20,000 nucleotides of DNA from contig MRSU01010729.1 in NCBI GenBank assembly GCA_008369845.1, positions 56,478 to 76,477 on the forward strand. Direction: 5' to 3'. The stretch comes from Trichomonas gallinae. Lineage: Eukaryota. The position numbers and the translations under genes are program-made. Each line of letters opens with the position of its first letter. The first letter of the stretch is position 1. The notes below the pieces were generated by a model that was given only the letters and a program-made list of their open reading frames with translations, did no database searches and was not told the DNA's origin. Below are positions 9,001-13,908 of this stretch, one piece after another.

Positions 9001-10266
9001 TGATTTTTTAAGAGCTCCGAATTCTGTATTTGTTGTTTCTTCGATATCTGTGTCAATAACAATACCAGCATTCATCATGAAGTCAGAAGTGCCAGATCCA
9101 TCTTGAACGACTTGATATTGGTTGTTCGCTTTTAATGCAATACTCGAATTAAATAAAGCTGGGTCATAATCTTTCGATCCAAGCTGTATATTGCCTCCAT
9201 CAAGACCTTCTGTATTCATATTGCCGCTATTCGTGTTCCATGACAAACCTGATTGTAAAACTTGTTTATCAAATGCTTGAGGACCTATTGTATAACCAAA
9301 CTGATATGCACCGTTATTGCTATCAGCTTGATCCATATTGTTTTGAGTTCCGTTGACTTCAAAAATATTTAAATTATTTGAACCAAAGTTATTCATATTT
9401 GGATCTCCACCGAAATTTATACCTAGGTTGTCGATATTTCCTGATCCAAAAAGCCGGCCTAATACCTGGTTTGAAAATATTCCTTGAGCATTTGGATCTG
9501 CTTCGGGAATAGTAAACAAACTTTGACCTGGAGACTGTTGGCCAAATAATCCGAGAGGTTGAGGTTGCAAATTTCCATTATTTGATAAATTTTGATTTGC
9601 GTTCGGCGCAAAATTAAATAATGATCCTTGATTTGGGTTATGTATATTCATTGCTGTAGAATTATCGACCTGATTTTGAGCCGAGTGATCGTATCCTGCT
9701 TGAAATTGAAGCAATTCAACAGGCTTAAACGTCAATGGATCACTTTGCACATTTACATGTATATTAAACTGGTTTTGCTGAGGATTATTAAGATCTGTAG
9801 AGAGTGGAATTTGAATCTGAGGTTGATTGTAATTATATTGATTGTTCTGACTATAATCGGTGTTGTTTACTTGCTGTGTTGGCGTTTGCTGAATTGTATT
9901 TGTTATTTGATTGTTGATTTGCATAATCGTTGAAGATGACATAACTGGCATCGATATATTACTGTATTCGTAGTTTTGCGGAGCTGAGTAAATATATTCG
10001 ACATTTATAGGCGATTCTGAAAATAAAATTTGTAAATAATCGCCATTTTGTGCATTTAAAGATCTAAGTGTAATATTCTTTTCGATAAGTACACTAGATC
10101 CTTGTATATTTCGGTAATATACTATATTGTTTTGAGAATTTTGTATATTTAAATTGTTAAATACTTGATTTACAAGATCTCCGCTTGGTGTATCGAGATA
10201 ATACTGAAAGTTCTGTATATCTCCTTGAGTACCGGTCGTTATTGTGTATAACGACACGCTATCCAT
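1..10266 (-). CDS. Giant talin-like protein with five tandem FERM (F0-F3) heads and a helical rod; at least 3422 aa, 3' end beyond the window's left edge
   Basis: Hand translation from the ATG at 10266 (MDSVSLYTITTG...) found no in-frame stop down to base 1 (...FDSSPFRDVSTAS). The ORF track lists nothing in this frame, as expected if no stop falls in the window. Talin-head-like motifs recur five times: F0 'YWLKEGSSLERY' (talin WLEAGKALDYY); F1 'PLNQKKSVPEQ...LNLRREFF' (talin WLDHGRTLREQ...LLLRRKFF); F2 'FLFLQIRETILRG' and 'EAMRKYVSTARNLAKFG' (talin LLYVQARDDILNG and EAKVRYVKLARSLKTYG); F3 end 'YYAFTKEAKNIYYIIQEII' (talin YYSVQTTEGEQIAQLIAGYI). Talin comparisons are from memory, not a search. 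Confidence 0.9.
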   Translation of the reverse strand, partial: MDSVSLYTITTGTQGDIQNFQYYLDTPSGDLVNQVFNNLNIQNSQNNIVYYRNIQGSSVLIEKNITLRSLNAQNGDYLQILFSESPINVEYIYSAPQNYEYSNISMPVMSSSTIMQINNQITNTIQQTPTQQVNNTDYSQNNQYNYNQPQIQIPLSTDLNNPQQNQFNIHVNVQSDPLTFKPVELLQFQAGYDHSAQNQVDNSTAMNIHNPNQGSLFNFAPNANQNLSNNGNLQPQPLGLFGQQSPGQSLFTIPEADPNAQGIFSNQVLGRLFGSGNIDNLGINFGGDPNMNNFGSNNLNIFEVNGTQNNMDQADSNNGAYQFGYTIGPQAFDKQVLQSGLSWNTNSGNMNTEGLDGGNIQLGSKDYDPALFNSSIALKANNQYQVVQDGSGTSDFMMNAGIVIDTDIEETTNTEFGALKKSGEELAEMWKKQGMQSYKIKVILSWDDKRTTELTFFQMYEYADVRGLVVNHFQLDNDLRYSFLFSAEESDSYWLKEGSSLERYKFPDGSILTVYMRDLKVRVMTSHFPPRMVNIDAELPVANVIEDLAKKLEIVNPYGYSLYSQEGGIELPLNQKKSVPEQTKNYSQLNLRREFFLLSRIDIYSLETAIQTYEDSKRRVFADNLYILDAMALEFAALQFFIEAEPAALENPTFPDNIHFLFPDCCEYSHTLGPKLLNYVKNYPKIDKFNAIRRWLGMIRRYPGFGVISYECKVRVANAKGVNTLDVAVEVSPLALTLFDLKTNALEEKISFTKILKVECVEDILSIAFYIGRSSLAKYEFICSLASEMEEIINQQKMIIKKLMVQRAQKTELLPPEISAKFKVKLPTSKTLTITQDLPEFDYDINYTGQLLNNIAEKNIGLIHDDNHIPFVCLGPDIYRFIYKDDVLAMIGVSDGMNVYIINRIEDIEVTFPDERVKTVKLDITKTVEDLTADCFKAIEFPALSGYSLWYENDQKEVTPLDLRFNIPEQIPYYKKIILKRRFYILSGEILVTPEVATMTMIETMKVIKDLKCPVSESQLLEFCVLYTYAHECQSMSDIENITNFDYLKCIVPDKIPIDQSFVQKIKRTIATFPPKDKIHALKKFIGNIRVLDNFGYEIYPCQYKEITPGRKSKVHKDFVFILAPLYFVIAPAKSGMSPAFQIGYRFIIKFQCLNNYLIMTFVSDDHGNVAIVKIMFKEDMATIMMLLEYNIKLLNDLINNRELMRRKAIEEEIKRLNGGFIDEWGILHGPMRDFFVSKDPLYLSDLPKAWVDLKYTGQQLSRVFLQQLKLPKENTYCVLYRSPDKEYSWIAQDKQLKLYRPQRCSTLIVLEKNPVIKVIPIGSKDSRLQTVKIDVTMTVGEIINGFAEMFGIPIFPGITFAIDKNNKLTYLDINRSIPEQCKLDETFLILLRHFSFSLDNLAFEALWFLFLQIRETILRGVYKIEDDAVIKLCFFQIPALSGNPATLELVPKKDSEWVPRGMTKPQITNHFNHYTQDYGKLDAIGGVKHYIEFARSLPNFSMITFNVKCDLGYDAKSKPKHQLNIAIDKIIINSAETGQQYLKINLSDILEFNARLNEVEIRFRDEEFNPQVYYAFTKEAKNIYYIIQEIISIARTNLCILSDNMRQENKIESKDYMISIGVNALLSGISESKKMEFSSLQSGGEVLQKIVNSLNLEPSIIYIMIIVCANGVYKFVDLTLPFGINYPSEKSELYIYPQIARIPISMETGQKELIPIDLTAPIHEAIQRIASYFYIHFFSGYVIYKDWDMEAKALDIMPLHTGLQPLDLTKPLVEQTLFLDFLFFKRRFFTFTIEDVRHIDRRSFLEVRKYILNRNEKTNDAKAIELAVYSILADSPSFEQAQQVRIDNVEKILPKTTKIESDTASKIKDVLSSSPKMTSAEAMRKYVSTARNLAKFGCECFDAVYIKSVGTQNDNFANACIIAIGPFGLQAIEKDTEIVFMRVSYLHIVSYSQISSTIVIKAVIEDGQIGNLEFNSPDAAKIGKIIDEHQIGVRPRYNERLKVQKLMKEQAYAPLLESVAKSTLNLKISPFVNDPNSIEYKFNPDWYEPDAVKYCLLMCAIPQEIPYHIIYRDENNMFKWLEKNRHLQTIDPEEGKNIFLVPYTFDAFVSPKDGNISIVTLKARVPIRENVRTVCEYLGLGPAFGCTFYSLDPNRGTIPLDFLHPLPTETQYYIDLVVKRRFFIILANFMSDPNYYIPVFHELIKEVKTGKHEFSINCIIELGICQLYGNCYSEEETERLQFSVSDAVVKTTLPNSVALTPELAMQFKKEFVMHKKMTQFEAIHKYLAIVGMIYNFSPEIYEAVYKSDSADTFQYNNTKITVKVSANCITLISKSDSYVFLVIKYSDIIAYSMINHSCNIQFYDKEGILEDIYLESKDYRSIMSFINDILDCQKFIVEGHNELLRDETIDVEKLGLKSENFVFGAHDNHGDVGDYEIGLIDLDNIAAVEINIGDDRRFVIDDDILNDDTSSLEEWKMLKVQNFANREMIEDDLQDEDITWRADPQALSYSRGKSVFEKVSYDLSNIMDNLENNTVYELADKFERIKNSLKDVDFGLDDDNKGIKNLRNHIENLFATIQTAETSAVDIHEISSHLIRDIKAAINVTTKQIEKTDIKIIEIKKTAQEKKAQLVQNDYTQTVASNMVFVSQCEEKMANIVLSHADQINQMGYNAQDLVDTLRANSSAIIQIAAQIKAIQDPAQITKYLPEISSVHQQSDFVHQFNKYNASFNVRIEEMEELEKELQKALSNTEKLVANAKSVNKQPELVSNTKAHQVYLGNHSKVEEVADKLADILSKNQPILGNENLKNNVVLLKLLQVITSKLEDSLNGLKKQTSALNKNPMNDAARSASVDTLYQLKEDLKQFMQVHSQALSAVPDSKNLIDSSQQLYPVIDEALCNISTANITPDSVSNVVKSSTDFAVSALQTAQASIAKFNANQVNFIQQQHQAILAKINSMKNIQQNLEADPTSGLLVKEAQKQLLDFQKALPQIYEYSNMVNSVSGNQNLTANATKLLSEINATVADVQSTETNVICPHLAKYQQALVEISRELNQLSICKENLAVQNSEFNQLVSEVRERLIALRETQNNCRKDLKKRPFYQPYIKNATDALDEAKIQVDRIVEIASRLQNLAPESKIGPLTSICAAAIDAAIESFNASGINDFRKPPSKEQVGEIIQDVVKEIQVFSELIKTPEIQSKPKVSEELQKRIQLYNQVGKELEVQFQDPTAEFIPLAEQLKQMNQDIKNLLLGVQAYKQNSSFTTIVEKALSNLDYSLIKTPPNIDLAIKSIDENINPMQSLQSILESLKAKDMVKTDMTALRIINDWSNTLNQGFFEYGQLKQKQKPVESDVIKVKDALLKINNALAQIPTELKPYLNNADYTAFGKIIAAVRNHSSIAVSCVRLLPTIEKFEFDSSPFRDVSTAS
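3090..8960 (-). repeat. Five diverged protein-level FERM repeats: about 8960-7870, 7805-6680, 6570-5470, 5415-4290 and 4205-3090
   Basis: The F1/F2 junction motif lies at 8479-8493 (RREFF), 7315-7329 (KRRFY), 6079-6093 (LRHFS), 4897-4911 (KRRFF) and 3715-3729 (KRRFF). Spacings are 1164, 1236, 1182 and 1182 nt. Each is preceded by G(Y/I/C)xxx...(P/Y)L(D/N)...(P/V/T)E(Q/T). Repeat boundaries are approximate. Confidence 0.85.
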
Positions 10267-10320
10267 TGAGATTTTGTAAATAACAATTGAAAATATTTTT
10301 TTGACAACCAAGATGTTTCT

Positions 10321-10329
10321 AGCCAATCA
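10321..10329. promoter_or_regulatory. Possible CCAAT box (AGCCAATCA) about 55 nt upstream of the talin-like ATG
   Basis: Matches the RRCCAATSR consensus and sits in the proximal promoter. It is a short motif and its function is unproven. Confidence 0.3.
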
Positions 10330-10730
10330 CGCAGATTTTAGTAGATTCAATGTGTCGTACCGACGGAGTGATGAAATAAAAATAAAAACATAACAAAAAA
10401 AAAAAAAAATCAACAAAGTGGATAAATTTGTGAATGTCAAATTATGAAAAAACAAATATTTAAAATCATCCAAATTCATTTTCATGAAAAGAAATTCCGA
10501 AACAGTAGCTATTCAATTCAAATTGAGGTTGTGAAACCGAAATCCTGGTGTTCATTCTTCCAGTATATACCCGCACATTCTTTTTGGCATAGAGCGTCAA
10601 AAAAAGTCAACTGTGATCCAATTTTCCAAACAGATGTGGTTGCAATTCAGATCAGAAAAAAAAGTCAAAAATTTAACAAAATTGACATTATTTTACATGA
10701 CAGAATTTCGCAAATTTCGAATTCGTGCGA

Positions 10731-10798
10731 GCACAACAGCCGCACACAATGTCACCAGAAACAATCGACTCTGGTGTCATTGTGTGCAGTTATTGTAC
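10731..10798. repeat. Imperfect inverted repeat: 29-bp stem, 10-nt loop
   Basis: Core arms GCACACAATGTCACCAGA (10742-10759) and TCTGGTGTCATTGTGTGC (10770-10787) pair at 17 of 18 positions. The stem extends to 10731/10798 with four more non-Watson-Crick positions. Confidence 0.8.
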
Positions 10799-11200
10799 AC
10801 TAAGTACAAAGTCAATACAATCCACCAAATAAAGAATTAGAATGCGCAACTTCACAAAATTTATGGCAATGATGAAGCTGCAAATTCCTCAGAGCTTATG
10901 GGCACTCCTCAAACTACAGAAGTAGTCAATCTTGATCAGTATGTTAAGCCACAATACAAAAGTTATAATTGAAGATGATCAAAATCTAGTACATATGAAT
11001 TCATTTGAATAAACCAAAAAGCATATCCAATCTCTATTTCTTTCGATTTTAAAAAACAATTTGAAAATGATCTAAAATTATTTTCAAAAATACTTTCAAC
11101 ATAATATACTCCATTTTCAAAATCATAATTATATACCACTCAATTAGATCAATATTCTATTGACATTTAATGATTTAGAAAATCACAAAAGATACTAGTA

Positions 11201-11271
11201 TGACTTTGATATGCGCAGGTATGCCCTTTGTTGTTAATTAACTCCTCCATTATTGACTTTGATATGCGCAG
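11201..11271. repeat. Perfect 18-bp direct repeat TGACTTTGATATGCGCAG, 2 copies, 53-bp period
   Basis: Copies at 11201-11218 and 11254-11271. A partial TGACTT recurs at 11307, again 53 bp on. Confidence 0.85.
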
Positions 11272-11364
11272 TTATCCTAATTATTATTTACTTCATTAAG
11301 TCTTTATGACTTCTAATCACTATATTGGGATGCTCATATTTTTTATTATCTAATGTTTGATATT

Positions 11365-11369
11365 TCATT
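11365..11369 (+). promoter_or_regulatory. Candidate initiator (Inr) element TCATT
   Basis: Matches the trichomonad TCA(+1)Y(T/A) consensus, about 30 nt before ATG 11400. An out-of-frame ATG at 11381 lies between them. Confidence 0.3.
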
Positions 11370-11399
11370 TTCAAGTTTACATGACAAAATTTTTCGAAA

Positions 11400-13649
11400 A
11401 TGTCAGATATTGAAATCAAAAAAAAAAAAAATACGTTATATGAGCTAATGACTGCAAACAATAAAGAAAACCCTATTACAGAACAAATTTATACAGAGCA
11501 ACCAGAAATAATACAAGATTCAGTCATGGATGATATAGATAACGATGAAAATAACCAAGAATCCGATTTATTTGATTCAAATTCGACTGACAACGAAGAA
11601 GAGGATAATAAAAATCAAAACAATAATGATAATAACGATCAACTTCCAGAATTTAATGATGAAGCTGAAGTTGATCCAATAAATTCTAATTCAAATAATC
11701 AAACTCACTCGGTAAATACTAATACTCAAGAAAATACACCAGAAAAGCCTAAAAAGGAGATTTCTCCAGAATTAGCAGCTTTTCTCGAAGACATGCCTTT
11801 TGGACTCGGAAAAGATTTAAGCTCGCGCGTCAGGAAAGATGATGATCATTCTGGAATAAGGCCAAATCTTCCTTCAGCAAAAAAACTGAAAGAAGAACAA
11901 GAAAATCATATGAGTCAAAGATCTCCGAACGGCTCCCCTATAAAGAAACCAGTTATTCGAAAAAAGATAGTACATCCAAAACCAAAAACAGCATTAGAAG
12001 AGGCTTTAGACTTATTTTCAAATCCTTCACCATTTTCATGGCAACAAAAGCCAAAAGACACAACACCATCATTACCTCCTAGACAAAAGCAAATACCTTC
12101 TAATACAAATACAGCAAAACAATCTTCATCAAATATCTTTATCGATGGAACTACATCTGCGCCTAATGAAATACAAACCGAAAAACAAGAATCAGTTCCA
12201 AGCTCAACAAAGGCCACAAAATTCAATTCACAAACAAGTACACAACATAATTCAGATGAAGAGCCCGAAATCGAGCCACCGCCAAAGAAGAAGTCGTCAC
12301 CTAAGAATGAGAAACCAAAACATTCATCTCCATCGCAAAAGCCATCAGAAGATTTAAGCATTTATCTAAATTCCGCATCGAAGCAAGAAACTCCCCAAAA
12401 ACCACAAAAAGATACTGTCCCTAAATCAAATGATGATACAACAATGACTTTCTTGACTGGTTTAACAGATGATCAAGCTTATACAGGAACAGATCAACTT
12501 CCACCAGAAACTCCACCTTTATCATCACAATCAAGTTCACATAAGTCTCAGACAACACGTGCACCTAAGAAGAAGAGAATGAACTATGCTATGATGAGCT
12601 TTTTGGGTCCACCAAAACTTCCTGTGACGAAACCAATCGACATTACTAAATACGAATACAAAGATGCTGATTTTGATGTCGAAGGAAATATTGACAAAAT
12701 TCCTCCAAAATTACTTGAATTATTGGATTATCCACATGAAAGCCTAACTTTCCACGCTTTATGCGGCTCATTGTTGCCAAATGTTCCATCAGAACATATC
12801 AGCAGAGTAGTTTTGGAGCTCAAAAAAGTTATGCAGAAAACGACATCAAACGGTTTAATTGCAGAAAGTTTGTATGTGCAAAATATTCAAGATGATCTGA
12901 AGAACGCACATGCCAAGAAGAAAGCAGAGAAAGACCCAGAAGAATATAAGGAAAAATTAGAAAAAGTTCAAGGAAAACTCGACAGAATTAAAGAAAGTTA
13001 TAACGAAAAAATCAGAGAAGTTGAAGAAGAAGAAAACCAAGCCATGAATGATTTAGAAGAAAAGTTCCAATACGAAGCGCAGGAACTTGACAATGAGTGG
13101 AACTCTGAACACATGCAGAACAAGTTCAATAAACCTTCTGCTAAGTTGATCGACTTGAGAAATGAAGCGAAGGTTAATCTTAAGGCACACAGATTCCAAG
13201 AAGCAATTCTCATTGCTAACGAAATTGCAGCACTCGAAGAACAAGAGAGTGGAGAAGCAGGAAAGAGAATGGCTGATGCATATAATGCTGCTGCACAGAG
13301 ATTGCAAAACAAATATGAAGCTGACAAAACTGTTCTCAATGATACTTTTGCTGCAAAGAAGAGAAAATTGCAGGTTGAGCAAGAGCAATCTGAGCGTCCA
13401 TTCCTCACACAAATGGAAAAGTATAATTCTCAGATTTCGCAGATTGAAAGAGAGAAAGAGCTTGAAAAGAGAAGATCAAAAAGAGAAGAAATAATTAAAA
13501 AAGGTCAGCAAACGAGAAACGCGAACAAGCCACAGTTGACAAATATAGCACCAATACAAATAGATGGAAAGCTTAAACTTCCACCACTCCCAACAATGAG
13601 TCACTCCAGAGTGAATTCAGCTCTGAACTCAACATCGATGTCAAAATGA
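11400..13649 (+). CDS. Hypothetical 749-aa protein: acidic/N-rich and S/P/K-rich disordered N-terminal half, long C-terminal coiled coil
   Basis: Long ORF in AT-rich DNA with a TGA stop. An E/K/Q/A-rich helical region spans about 12880-13510 and contains W-x7-FNKPSAKLIDLR...RFQEA. The start codon is slightly uncertain (alternative ATG at 11448). Confidence 0.9.
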   Translation: MSDIEIKKKKNTLYELMTANNKENPITEQIYTEQPEIIQDSVMDDIDNDENNQESDLFDSNSTDNEEEDNKNQNNNDNNDQLPEFNDEAEVDPINSNSNNQTHSVNTNTQENTPEKPKKEISPELAAFLEDMPFGLGKDLSSRVRKDDDHSGIRPNLPSAKKLKEEQENHMSQRSPNGSPIKKPVIRKKIVHPKPKTALEEALDLFSNPSPFSWQQKPKDTTPSLPPRQKQIPSNTNTAKQSSSNIFIDGTTSAPNEIQTEKQESVPSSTKATKFNSQTSTQHNSDEEPEIEPPPKKKSSPKNEKPKHSSPSQKPSEDLSIYLNSASKQETPQKPQKDTVPKSNDDTTMTFLTGLTDDQAYTGTDQLPPETPPLSSQSSSHKSQTTRAPKKKRMNYAMMSFLGPPKLPVTKPIDITKYEYKDADFDVEGNIDKIPPKLLELLDYPHESLTFHALCGSLLPNVPSEHISRVVLELKKVMQKTTSNGLIAESLYVQNIQDDLKNAHAKKKAEKDPEEYKEKLEKVQGKLDRIKESYNEKIREVEEEENQAMNDLEEKFQYEAQELDNEWNSEHMQNKFNKPSAKLIDLRNEAKVNLKAHRFQEAILIANEIAALEEQESGEAGKRMADAYNAAAQRLQNKYEADKTVLNDTFAAKKRKLQVEQEQSERPFLTQMEKYNSQISQIEREKELEKRRSKREEIIKKGQQTRNANKPQLTNIAPIQIDGKLKLPPLPTMSHSRVNSALNSTSMSK

Positions 13650-13908
13650 TTGTTTTATTATGTATTTTAGATTCTTGTTTATGTAAATTGTAGTTATATA
13701 ACAGAATTGTTTTTCCCCGTAATTATGAATACGTAATGCAACATTTTAAATCGAATGTTATTAAATTTTTCATTTTTTTCAACTGAGTGTAACTATGATG
13801 GTGAAATATGCCGCTATAAGAAATAAATCATGAATAATAATCAATAATGATACATAACTAATATATATTTATTATTACAATATTAAAAAGAAAACAATGA
13901 GGGAAAAA

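Noticed and set aside
561..9933. Eleven short ORFs in the track (61-101 aa) on both strands
   Set aside because: All lie inside the giant minus-strand ORF, in antisense or alternative frames, and show no recognisable motifs.
10368..10374. GTGATGA box C motif suggesting a C/D snoRNA
   Set aside because: It is followed by A-rich sequence and an A15 run (10395-10409), with no box D (CTGA) or terminal stem at a suitable distance.
10444..10972. Intergenic ORFs 10444-10803 and 10613-10840; the latter frame reopens after its TAG until 10972
   Set aside because: They overlap each other, show no recognisable domain, and span A-runs and the hairpin. A small gene or remnant cannot be excluded but is unsupported.
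11201..11312. CRISPR-like repeat-spacer appearance
   Set aside because: Only two full 18-bp copies, too short for CRISPR repeats, with no cas genes and a eukaryotic context.
11915..13494. ORFs overlapping the 749-aa gene (148, 70, 136, 119 and 110 aa)
   Set aside because: Antisense or off-frame shadows of low-complexity and coiled-coil codons.
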